Source: Octopus bimaculoides
Lineage: Eukaryota
Direction: 5' to 3'
Assembly: GCF_001194135.2 (NCBI RefSeq)
Contig: NC_068982.1
Span: 170,439,860 to 170,494,718 of the forward strand
Length of the DNA: 54,859 bases
Part shown: positions 1 through 10,798 of the stretch, piece after piece
Position numbering within the stretch: the stretch's first letter is position 1
Layout: every line of letters begins with the position of its first letter
Program-made: the position numbers and the translations under genes
The notes under the pieces: generated by a model
What the model was told of the DNA's origin: nothing
The model's database searches: none
What the model saw: only the letters and a program-made list of their open reading frames with translations

Positions 1-93
1 ACAGGTGTCTATGGCAGACTATGTTATTTTGCCAACATGGTTTACATATAGAAGTACAAAGTACATAAGGAATTAGAGGATGAACAGAAGTTT

Positions 94-222
94 AATCTTA
101 CAACTGTTTCGGCCTAGTTTTAGCAAGCCCCATTCTATCCGAATATTCCTTTCCGGAGTGATTATCGGATGACATTTTGAAATGGGGCTACATGCCCGAA
201 CCTCTAGGCCTCTTCAGAGATT
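94..222 (-). ncRNA. Type I hammerhead ribozyme with extended (~100 nt) stem II
   Basis: Minus strand reads AATCT-CUGAAGA-GGCCTAG[...]CTAGGCC-GAAAC-AGTT-GTA-AGATT. It has a 5-bp stem I (AATCT/AGATT), a complete catalytic core, a 7-bp stem II base with the G10.1-C11.1 pair, and a self-complementary stem III (ACAGTTGT, with G-U pairs). The GUA cleavage triplet is at 101-99. The insert contains further stems AGCCCCATT/AATGGGGCT and ATCCGA/TCGGAT. Confidence 0.82.
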
Positions 223-299
223 CGCAAAGGGTTTCATACAAGTGTAGAGCAAGAGGTGAAAACAGAGGTGTGGTAGTGACCAGAAGAAAAACAACAGCA

Positions 300-376
300 A
301 AAATAAGATAGAAATAAAAATAAAAAATTAAATTAAAATCAAAATATAAATAAAAATAAAAATAAAAATAAAAATA
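300..376. repeat. Degenerate (AAAAAT/AAAAT)n A-rich simple repeat
   Basis: Directly visible repeated aaaaat/aaaat units. Confidence 0.8.
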
Positions 377-815
377 AGGGTACAGCAGGAAAAAAAAAAG
401 ATAAAGAATACATAAATGAAGGTATAGCATGTGGGACATGCAAAAATATAAAAAAGATATATTTAAAAAACCCTTAAAAATACAAGGCACCCAAAAAGTC
501 TACAAACATTATAGATAGGTAGCTATAGGCACTCCAATGCATATCTATATGTGTGGGTTCGTGAGCACAGCCTTACTCGGATGTCCCATTACTCTCATGT
601 GTGCATATACAAGTTTTTATAAGCAAACATACGTTGTCTGTGGCATCAGCTCTATTAGCCGTATCTAGAAAGCTGTCAGTGTTTTTTAGAAAGGAAGTTT
701 TGTTGAGCATGTGTGTGTCATTCCTGTATATATTGGAAAGTTCTATGTAGAAGTTCATTTTATACAAGTTATTAATGTTCTAGTAGCAATAACAGTGATG
801 GTGACGATGACGGTG

Positions 816-857
<42 letters not shown>

Positions 858-868
858 GCAACAATAAT
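816..868. repeat. (AAC)n microsatellite
   Basis: Directly visible; it produces the poly-T(hr) ORF at 711-1010. Confidence 0.95.
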
Positions 869-1467
869 ATGCCAAACTTTCAAACTTAGCGGTGTAAGAT
901 ATCCTGTTCCCTCTTCTAACGGCACTACCATTCTGCTGCTAATGGGGTGCGGGTGGGGGTTAATTACTACCGTTAACTTCCTCCTTCCAATTGGGCAACT
1001 ATTGTTTTAAACTGCCTACGCTTAGCTACGGTTGGATAGCCACTGGCCGGTCAAGATGCTAGCCTGCCTGCGCACCCCTCCCCCCACACACGAGTGCTAT
1101 GTATTCCCCCCGTACTCACGCTCATGCCTGCGTGTATGTATATACGCATGCATGTGCGCAGCCACACATCTCTTAATTCTACTATATACTCACAATGAGG
1201 GGGTAAAGTTCCCAATGTAATGGCAATAGAGTTAAATTGGTAGACTTTTAAGAAGACTACAAGCCGATAGCCACAACAGTAACAATGAAGATAAATACAT
1301 TCTCATCTATACATATCCAGATATACATCCTTATACACATTATGTCCCCTCAGATATACCCATATTTATTCATACGTACACAAATGTGTGGCCAACTATC
1401 ATTACATCCGTATGTACACAACTACATACCTACCTACATACTCACCTATACATATACACATACATAA

Positions 1468-1502
<35 letters not shown>

Positions 1503-1969
1503 NNNNNNNNNNNNNNNNNNNNNNNNNNNNNNNNNNNNNNNNNNNNNNNNNNNNNNNNNNNNNNNNNNNNNNNNNNNNNNNNNNNNNNNNNNNNNNNNNN
1601 NNNNNNNNNNNNNNNNNNNNNNNNNNNNNNNNNNNNNNNNNNNNNNNNNNNNNNNNNNNNNNNNNNNNNNNNNNNNNNNNNNNNNNNNNNNNNNNNNNNN
1701 NNNNNNNNNNNNNNNNNNNNNNNNNNNNNNNNNNNNNNNNNNNNNNNNNNNNNNNNNNNNNNNNNNNNNNNNNNNNNNNNNNNNNNNNNNNNNNNNNNNN
1801 NNNNNNNNNNNNNNNNNNNNNNNNNNNNNNNNNNNNNNNNNNNNNNNNNNNNNNNNNNNNNNNNNNNNNNNNNNNNNNNNNNNNNNNNNNNNNNNNNNNN
1901 NNNNNNNNNNNNNNNNNNNNNNNNNNNNNNNNNNNNNNNNNTATATATATATTTATATATATATGTATG

Positions 1970-2002
<33 letters not shown>

Positions 2003-2029
2003 GTGTGTGTGTGTGTGTGTGTGTGCTTT

Positions 2030-2160
2030 GTGTCTGCTTGTCCCCCTCCACCGCTTGAGAACTGGGGTTGGTGTATTTACTTTCATAAAACAGAATTCTT
2101 CAAGATGGTGCCCTAGTATGGCCGCAGTATGATGACTGAAATAAGTAAAAGAATAAAAGA
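2030..2160 (+). mobile_element. SINE family A, 3' fragment with internal deletion
   Basis: Matches the reverse complement of the copies at 8815-9020 (ccaccgcttga..., atggccgcagt...gactgaaa.aagtaaaaga). Confidence 0.7.
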
Positions 2161-2962
2161 CTAATCTCTCTCTGTCTCCTTCGCTCTCTTTTTCTCTGTC
2201 TGTCTGTCTGTCTCTCTATATACATACATACATACATACATATAAAACTTCTATGCGTCTGGATAACAATATAGAAAGAAACATATAGAAATTAGGTTTT
2301 GGTATATAAAAGTACAGACAAAAGTGCACAGAATTGTTATAGATATTGTTATTGTTCATGTTAATATTTTCTGGGAAGATTAGCAATATTTTCTCCATAG
2401 ACCAACAGTAAACATCTGTGTGACTGCACCACTTCCAAAGATTACTCTAGACTCTTATCAAACGACGTCGCAAACATATTTATATGTAACTGTGTACGGT
2501 TTTGGCGTGTTTGCGCCTGAATTTGTCTGTGTGTCCCTCTGTGGTTCTGTGTGTAAGTGTAGATGTGCGTCTTTATTAGTATGTATTTATATTCCATATA
2601 AAACATGTATACATACATACATACATACATACATACATACATACATACATACATACATACATACATACACAAACACATGCGCACATTAATATGTGTTTGT
2701 GTGAAATCTGTGCGAGAGGGAGTATTAAATTTTCTATAATCGTATACGCAGAAGTGCGCGAGAATATATATATATTTGCGTTTGTTTTGTGATATATGTA
2801 AGTTCAAAATATAGGTCACAAATATAAAGATAGTTTCTTTCAATAATGTTATAATATTTAGGTTTAATACATACGTCAGTTCATAAATTTATATCTGTAT
2901 ATCTCTCTCTGTATAAATACATTCAAGAACACACTGACGTTCGCCCCCCCCCTCACACACGT

Positions 2963-2996
<34 letters not shown>

Positions 2997-3216
2997 GTTT
3001 ACATACATATATATTGTTTATATGGGTATAAAAAAACAATTATCTGATATGGAAAAAAGAACAGAAATATTTTAAAAACAGTGAGTGTTTCCGCACTTTA
3101 TTCAGTATAAGTGTTGCAAGTAAAAATGATATTGGCTTCCACACACGATTTCTGACCAAAATTGATGCTGGAGAATTTCAAAATTGAAAAACATTACACA
3201 CATACATTCATACATA

Positions 3217-3250
<34 letters not shown>

Positions 3251-3410
3251 NNNNNNNNNNNNNNNNNNNNNNNNNNNNNNNNNNNNNNNNNNNNNNNNNN
3301 NNNNNNNNNNNNNNNNNNNNNNNNNNCCGGGGACGTAGACACACCAGAGTCGGTTGTCATGAGATCTTGAGGGGATAGAGACACACACACACACACACAC
3401 ACATATATAT

Positions 3411-3480
3411 GCTAGCTTTAAAGCTGCCCGAAAAGGCGGCTTTTAAGTTAGCTCCTGTGAAGGGCTCTTCAGTGGGCCTT
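3411..3480 (-). other. 18-bp hairpin preceded (minus strand) by CTGAAGA; possible truncated long-stem-II hammerhead
   Basis: Stem 3411-3428/3435-3452 (GCTAGCTTTAAAGCTGCC/GGCGGCTTTTAAGTTAGC, one mismatch, two G-U). Minus-strand CTGAAGA at 3472-3466 is followed by GCCC. The GAAAC half is missing and is replaced by microsatellite/SINE sequence. Confidence 0.35.
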
Positions 3481-3959
3481 GGGCCCAACAATGATACTTC
3501 CTGCATTGAGTACATATTAAATTTTATTAAACTTGACCAATATTTTTCAAGCAATGAAAAATTTTCATCAAAAAAATTATATAATTTGTCGACTTCATTC
3601 AGGGGTCAGTACAATTTTTTTCTGTCTAACCTATCTTTTCTCTTTCTTTCTCTCTCTGTTGATTGTTTCCAACCATCACCATCACCAGTAGCACCACAGC
3701 TGCCATACACACACCATTCTGACTTCTTACACCACCACCATCAATACATTTGATTTCGCCACCTTCCCCTCCCTACCATATCCACTGTCTTTCACATCGC
3801 TTACTATCACCATTGTCCCTGACTGATTCAACTACCACCACCACCACCAACAATACTACCATTGGTTGGATTCTCTAAGAATAGCAAAAAAAAAAAACAA
3901 CAACAACAAAAAACGAATAGACGATTGGTAGAATTACGAGACAAGACATTGTGTCGAAA

Positions 3960-4530
3960 ACTGGCTATAACTGTAGCGATAGAACAGACAGAGAGACATC
4001 ACACGTGTGGGCCAGAGGAGGAAGCATTCTCGTTATTCCCTGAATTCTAGTTATTCGAGATCTCTTCTCTGGATGCAGTACAGGCTGTCTGTGTGTGACA
4101 GTAGCACCATCTGAGATGTGGCATCAGTACTCCATTATGATTTTCACTTGAGCCAAGTAGAGTGTTTGTAGCTATTACTTTGCGGAAATAATTCATTCTT
4201 AGCCTTGTAGAGAGCAGCCAGTCAATGTGATGTTGTCCTAATATTGATGCCAAGGCGTTGAAACGACTTGAGTTTTCTAACTGAGAGTCACTGGTGTCTA
4301 ACAAAAGAGGGATGCAGTGATATTTTCTTCATATGACTAATACTCGCTTGTATTTTGCTGCCGTTAAAAGAAACAATTGGTCTTATCCGACGGAAAAATA
4401 TCCGTAGTGACTCATGGATCCAATGCAGGTTTGTTATGTGATGTCTAGGATGCGTATTGATCTATGGTAGGAGAAATTTTGGGTTATTTGCATCATGAAG
4501 AACGTTGTGAATTTTGGAGGCAATTAAGTA
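3960..4530 (-). mobile_element. Degenerate RTE-clade LINE, AP-endonuclease region
   Basis: Minus-strand translation fragments ILDIT*QTCIGS (cf. ILGISE.RW.GSG), LGQHHIDWLLSTRL (cf. LG..P.SDRL.SIRL) and TASREEI (cf. T.ASDEEIE.FY). Many stops and frameshifts. Confidence 0.6.
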
Positions 4531-4890
4531 AAATATATAGAAAAATAAGAGTGGGAAACAAAGCCAAACATTATATCTATATATGTATGTATGTGTGTAT
4601 GTATGTATGTATGTATGTATGTATGTATGTATGTATGTATGTATGTACGTACGTGTGTGTGTATGTGTGCGTATGTTCGTATGCATGTATGTATGTGTGT
4701 GTATGTGTATGTATGTATGTATATACAGAGAAACATGTGTGTGAGCTCGCGCGTATATGCATGCATGCTAGTGCAATTTGAAAATCGTGAATTGAAACTT
4801 CGAATGAAGTGTCAATTTTTAGGAGACAGTTTCTTCTACAACACATATTCAATAACGTTGCTTTATTCAAACAAATAATTTGATTTTATA

Positions 4891-5088
4891 TCGGGAGTGA
4901 AAGTGAGAGAATGATTGATGTTGCATCGAGAGTGAGAGTGGGAGAATGACTGATACTGCATCGAGAGTGAAAGTTGGAGAATGACTGATGTTGCATCGAG
5001 AGTGAGAGTGGGAGAATGACTGATGTTGCATCGAGAGTGACAGTGGGAGAATGATGTTGCATCAGTCATTCTCTCCCTCTCCCTCTCA
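4891..5088. repeat. 35-bp minisatellite (~5 copies) ending in an inverted unit
   Basis: Unit GAGAGTGAGAGTGGGAGAATGACTGATGTTGCATC in head-to-tail copies. The last segment (GATGTTGCATCAGTCATTCTCTCCCTCTCCCTCTC) is largely the reverse complement of the unit. Confidence 0.9.
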
Positions 5089-5623
5089 ATGTTTGTGAAT
5101 ATTTGTATACATATTGACAGTATACGTCTTGTATATATGAATGCATGTATGTATACCTATATATATATATATATTTATATGCATAGATATATACCTATAT
5201 ATATATAGATATACATCCATCCATATATATATATATATATACATGTGTGTGTGTGATTAAAAATAAATACAAAAAAGGGGTTTTGTATGATTGTGTATAG
5301 AGGAATATATTATTTTGTTTAAAAGAGTTCCAACTCTGTCTGTTTTTTATGTTTTATTTATATTCCTGTAAAATTAATGTGGGATATAGAATTTGGAATA
5401 TACAATATATAATATAAAAATGGATGGTACAATGAAATAAAGTATTGAATGTCTTATTGAATATATGGAATATGTCTTATTGAATACATNNNNNNNNNNN
5501 NNNNNNNNNNNNNNNNNNNNNNNNNNNNNNNNNNNNNNNNNNNNNNNNNNNNNNNNNNNNNNNNNNNNNNNNNNNNNNNNNNNNNNNNNNNNNNNNNNNN
5601 NNNNNNNNNNNNNNNNNNNNNNN

Positions 5624-5656
<33 letters not shown>

Positions 5657-6499
5657 TATATACGTATATATGCGTAGACATTCACATAACACCACAGATA
5701 AATGTAAATATCAAACTATTTTTCCATTATCGCTTGCCAGTTGACTTTGTAAAATTTCTTTGAGCACATTTGAGTTATATTTATCTCCACCTTACTAGCC
5801 TTCGGCTACAGCTTTCCTCAAAATACAAGATATTCCATCTGAGTATATCTGATTTATAACTCTATTGATTTTCTGATAATGTTTTGACTACTTAGGCAAT
5901 ATTTTCACATTATACTGTTGGATTTGCTTGCTGGGAATTATTGAATTTGGTATCTGATTCGGTTAGCTAAACTGTCTTTAGGTTTTTTCGTGGTGTTTTT
6001 TTAAAATTTTATTTTGCTTAAATTAACATTCTTCACTTCTTTGTTTTAAGTATGTAGTTTCATATTGTGTGCATACGTGTATTAATACCTTAGTTATATA
6101 ATGGGGCTACAACAAATTGTATATCTTCTTGCCAATAGAATATTTTACGCAGTTTTTTTTCTGTTGAAAAGAAAAGAAAATTTAATATTTATCCTAGAGC
6201 TCTTTGATATCTGTTAACCAAAATTTTTAACACAATGTTACTTCTTATATCTTCACTAAATACTGCAATATTGTGACACATGAAAGGCTAACCAACACTG
6301 GTCTCTAATAGTGGATAAGAGAATATTTTTCAGCGTGAGACACAATCTATTAGTCCTGTAGTTGACCGATACTTATATTTTGGTCCTCGCATATTTGAAA
6401 TTACATAATTAACTGCTGCAAGACATTTCTCGCATATTCCAACGATTTTGTAAAACTACTACTCGTATTCTTAGCACAGTAATTTATTTAAATATATAG

Positions 6500-6660
6500 G
6501 CGGAAAGCTTAAGACTTGGGGAAGTGACATAGTCAATATCACTGATCCCAGTACATGACTGGTAATTTATTTTATCTACCCCGAAAGGGTGAAAGGCAAA
6601 TATACCGGGAACTGAACTAAAAAAAAACTATGAGTCTGAAGACATAACGCAAAGCATTTA
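6500..6660 (-). mobile_element. SINE family B, degenerate fragment
   Basis: Contains cccagtacatgactggtaatttattttatctaccccgaaagggtgaaaggcaaa, matching the family B core at 23940-24000. Confidence 0.65.
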
Positions 6661-7268
6661 TTTTTGATGCTCTAACTCTTCTACCAATTCACATCTCGTA
6701 AATAGCGAATAATGATAATTTTTTGGTAAAATAATGAAGTAGGAATAAATCTGCATATAAGAAATTTCTATAATGTGAAAGCAAATACCGATATCAGATG
6801 TATACGACTTAAAAAAATGAAAAAAAGGAGAAATAAAAGCACAGAAAATATAAGTCTCCGGTTGGTATACAGTTCTCGTATACAAGCAGATGCTTTATAA
6901 GAATTGGATTTTCGAACCTGACTTGCAAATTAATTTTTTGGAAATTATATTCATGTCTGATAAACTATTGTTTATATTTATATTCAATATATAGAAACAA
7001 ATTATTTTTAGCAATATAACTGTGATGAAATATTGAAGAATAAAAATTTCTATAAATATGGTAAATTCATGGAGTCGCAAATAAAGATATAATTTCATGG
7101 TTTTTGTATTAAAAAAGAACAAAAAAGTGTTTGACATCAATTATAAAACAACATATCTCAAACATTCTTACATCCGTGATGTAGTTGTAAAAAATCTTTA
7201 TGTTTAGCTCCTTCACCCACACACTTATCATCAAAAGCATTCCATTCTTTCTTGTTTTTTTTTTTAAG

Positions 7269-7365
7269 GCGGTACGAAGTGAATTGGCAGTTGCATCTAG
7301 AAGGTCAGCAGGCGATGGAGAAGCTCCTTCGTTAGCGTGTGACAAACATGTACACTGTTATATCA
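7269..7365 (+). other. Candidate exon (97 nt), product unknown
   Basis: Long pyrimidine tract + AG (7267-7268), GC-elevated body and GTAAGA donor at 7366. Frame 0 is open (AVRSELAVASRRSAGDGEAPSLACDKHVHCYI). No homology recognised. Confidence 0.3.
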
Positions 7366-8814
7366 GTAAGAAATTTACTTTGAAGATCTAAATATTTGTT
7401 GTACTTGTGAAATATCTTGCAACACGCGTAACACCTTTGGGCAATATTCTGAGAGATTGTAAGCGATATGTAGCGATATCAAAGGTATCTTACTTTATAA
7501 ACATTCTGTGCCATTTAAATTTTGTATTAATGGAATAAGCATGTCGCACAATCATCTTTTTTCTCTCAAGATTCGTTGATCTTAATATGATCTTCATTAG
7601 TTGCACTATGTTTTAAACTATTGATGAAAAAAGCATAAACCATCCAAAACTGTCTATGTAATGTATTATGTATGCTAACAGTATTTAACTTCCATAAACA
7701 AGCGTTTTCTATAACTAAATGGTATCAAAGTAAGATTCAATTAATTTATAAGGCTATGGTGATTTTAGCCGTTGAAGGTATTAAGAGATGGTTGAAAAAT
7801 TTAAATCCAAGTGTTTCAAATAGAGCCATTGTAGCATATAAACATTTGTGCTATTAAAACTGTCGTTGTTGCATATATACAGATAATTGTAGACGAACAA
7901 GATCTAAAAATTAAAACAGTTGCACTTGTCACCATACTATCTTACATTTAGACATATTGCATCTAAGATTATATTATCTAATGCCCTTCACTTTTAAAGT
8001 AGAGTGTGGTTTAAAGGACCTTTTTGATTTATTAGCTGGTTGAATGTCCTTAAAAGTTTTTTCTTAGTGAAACACACCCCTATGCAGCTAGTGTTGTAGA
8101 AAGTCAGAAAATCTAAAATAGAACTATTTTGTTTATTGATTTAATGCGTCAACCTCTTTACTATAGCCGAATTTTGACCAATCCCGTTTCCTTGTTTGCT
8201 TTCAAGAGATTAACTAAATTACACTGAAATTTCTACCCACATTATGTCATATGAAATTTCTCAACAGCGTTTCGAAAATGTTGACACATATCACTAAAAT
8301 AACATTAAATTCTAGATTCAACGACACAAAGAGTAAAATCCTCGTTAAAAATATTTGCTTCTAAAAATACAACATGAACGGCTTCTTACATTTTAAATGT
8401 TCTGAAAACGGTATCAAGCAATTATAATAACTATCCATACTTTGATATTATTTATGAACTACTGTGGCTTAGTATTCTAAGACAATAACTTCTTTAGTTT
8501 TCATAGCACAACATACAAAGAAAGTACAAGTAATGGATGTTGCGTTCCTTATGATTCAGGCTTTGAACAGATCAAAAGATAAGATAAACGTACAAAATAA
8601 ATTACATGTACTGACTGCAAATTTAACTCTTTTATCAGCAAGTCAGATAGCATCAATAACTCCCAAGCCATTCATGTTACCAAAATGATCAATCACAGTG
8701 TCGCCATATTTTGATTTAGAAAGATAAATGAAGTATAGGCTTCATATGATTTTTCAGGAAACTATTCGGTATCTAATAATAATAATGATTATTATTATTA
8801 AAATCATATATATA

Positions 8815-9160
8815 TATTCTCTTTTACTCTTTTACTTGTTTCAGTCATTTGACTGCGGCCATGCTCGAGCACCGCCTTTAGTCGAGCAAATCGACCCCAG
8901 GACTTATTCTTTGTAAGCCTAGTACTTATTGTATCGGTCTCTTTTTGCCGAACCGCTAAGTTACGGAGACGTAAACACACCAGCATCGGTTGTCAAGCGA
9001 TGGTAGGGGACAAACTCAGACACACAAACACACATACATATATAAATATACATATATATACGACGGGCTTCTTCCAGTTTCCGTCTACCAAATCCACTCA
9101 CAAGGCTTTGGTCCGCCCGAGGCTATAGTAGAAGACACTTGCCCAAGGTGCCACGCATAT
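8815..9160 (-). mobile_element. tRNA-derived SINE family A (internal microsatellite, head truncated)
   Basis: Near-duplicate of 9185-9420 plus 9750-9900, with the shared blocks gactgcggccatgct.gagcaccgcctttagtcga and tttccgtctaccaaatccactcacaaggctttggtc. Confidence 0.85.
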
Positions 9161-9184
9161 ACTCTTTTAAAAGTTTCAATCATT

Positions 9185-9905
9185 TGACCACGGCCATACT
9201 GGAGCATGATGGAGCACCTTTAGTCGAAGAAATCGACCTCAGGACTTATTCTTTGTAAGCCTAATACTTATTCTATCAATCTCTTTTGATAAACCGCTAA
9301 GTTTCGGGGACATAAACATACCAATATCGGTTGTCAAGCGATAGCGGCCCGACCAACACAGACACAAAAACACACTAACATAAATATATATATGTAGATA
9401 TATATATATATACATGACGAGCTTCTTTCAACTAGTTGTATGTTGTCAACTTAATGTGAAAGTCCCTTGAAGGGAATATTACTACTGTTGGTTAGACCTA
9501 GGAAGCTGCACCGCTTCCTGTCGGCCTTGACACATTTCCTGTACCCTTATGTCTCCCCCTTGTAAACATAAGGACGCAGGAAATTTGTCAAGGCCGACAG
9601 GAAGCGGTGCAGCTTCCTAGGTCTAACCAACAGTAGTATTATTCCCTTCAAAGGACTGTCACATTAAATTGACAGCATACAACTACTTCATCGTATCACT
9701 ATTGCATAAATCTCTCTGAGAGATTTAGAAATGTATTATTTCTAAAAAAAGCTTCTTTCAGTTTCCGTCTACCAATTCCACTCACAAGGCTTTGGTCAGC
9801 ACGAGGCTATAGTAGAAGACAGTTGCCCAAAGTACCATGTAGTGGGACTGAACTCTGAACCACGTGGTTGGGAAGCAACTTCTTTATCACACAGCCACAC
9901 CTGAG
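9185..9905 (-). mobile_element. SINE family A, nearly full length, interrupted by the 9431-9749 insertion
   Basis: tRNA-like head on the minus strand at ~9900-9830 (TGGCTGTGTGATAA A-box-like, GAGTTCAGTCCC B-box-like). The body continues on both sides of the insertion. Confidence 0.8.
9431..9749. mobile_element. Foldback insertion: 120-bp inverted arms + 13-nt loop + 64-nt tail, flanked by 11-bp direct repeat
   Basis: Arms 9433-9552 and 9566-9685 (about 9 differences by hand, including a 53-bp perfect run). AGCTTCTTTCA occurs at 9420-9430 and 9750-9760. The tail has two mini-palindromes and ends in a short A run. Confidence 0.75.
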
Positions 9906-9932
9906 CCAAACACACACACACACACATACACG

Positions 9933-9985
<53 letters not shown>

Positions 9986-10199
9986 GGTATGAGAGGTATT
10001 GGTGTCAAGAAGTCACAAAAGGTGTCAGGTAATGCTAAGTAAGTGCTATGGATAGATCATGGTTAAGCTCCAGGTTCGATAATGATACGCATGAGAAGTC
10101 CAACGTGAGTCATGTATTAGCATGTTTGTATATAAATTGACAGAATGAGATAAAAAATCCAAGGCTGTAAATAGTTTTCAGAACATTTATAAAGAACAG

Positions 10200-10247
10200 G
10201 TCTTACAGCTGTCTCTGGGATATTTTGTATATCTATTCATCAGAGAC
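10200..10247 (-). ncRNA. Degenerate minimal type I hammerhead motif (left arm)
   Basis: Minus strand: GTCT-CTGATGA-ATAGATAT-ACAAA-ATATCCCA-GAGAC-AGCT-GTA-AGAC. Stem I (GTCT/AGAC) is perfect, stem III is palindromic ACAGCTGT, and GAAAC is mutated to GAGAC. Confidence 0.7.
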
Positions 10248-10750
10248 GGTGCGAGAGAATGTTTGAGTATTAATTATTCTAGAGAAAATCTGAAATACAG
10301 AGGGAAGTAAGAGAATGAAAATAGAAGCGAGATGCATAAGGATATTGTATTTGCAGTTCCATTATTCAAGTAGTATGATATATATATAAGTCGTGAAGAA
10401 ATTTCCTTTACCTTGCGTGTGAGTTCCAATGGTAGTTATATTTCGTCATTCCAAGCATAGAGCCTTGTAAACAGTGTTGTTTGATCGAGGGTTTTTCTGT
10501 GTAAAACCCCGTCGATCGAACAACACCATTTACAAGGCTCTATGCTTGGAATGACAAAATATAACTACCATTGGAACTCACGCACAAGGTAAAGGAAATT
10601 TCTTCACGACTTATACATATCATTCTACTTGAATAATGGAACTGCAAATACAATATCCTTATGCATCTCACTTCTATTTTCATTCTCTTACTTCCCTCTG
10701 TATTTCAGATTTTCTCTAGAATAATTAATACTCAAACATTTTCTCGCACC

Positions 10751-10798
10751 GTCTCTGATGAATGGATATATAAAATAGCCCGGAAACAGCTGTAAAAC
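10751..10798 (+). ncRNA. Minimal type I hammerhead motif (right arm), core intact, stems weakened
   Basis: GTCT-CTGATGA-ATGGATAT-ATAAA-ATAGCCCG-GAAAC-AGCT-GTA-AAAC. Core nucleotides are intact, with mismatches in stem I and at the base of stem II. Confidence 0.7.

Noticed and set aside
3411-3452. Hairpin + T run as a bacterial intrinsic terminator (contamination)
   Set aside because: It is embedded in host microsatellites and SINE sequence with no bacterial-type ORF upstream.
4891-5088. 35-bp repeats as a CRISPR array
   Set aside because: The units are contiguous with no unique spacers, the context is eukaryotic and no cas genes are present.
5700-6000. Possible Penelope RT N-terminal remnant on the minus strand
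   Set aside because: Only a vague resemblance (ESDTKFN...NPT) with many stops; not supportable.
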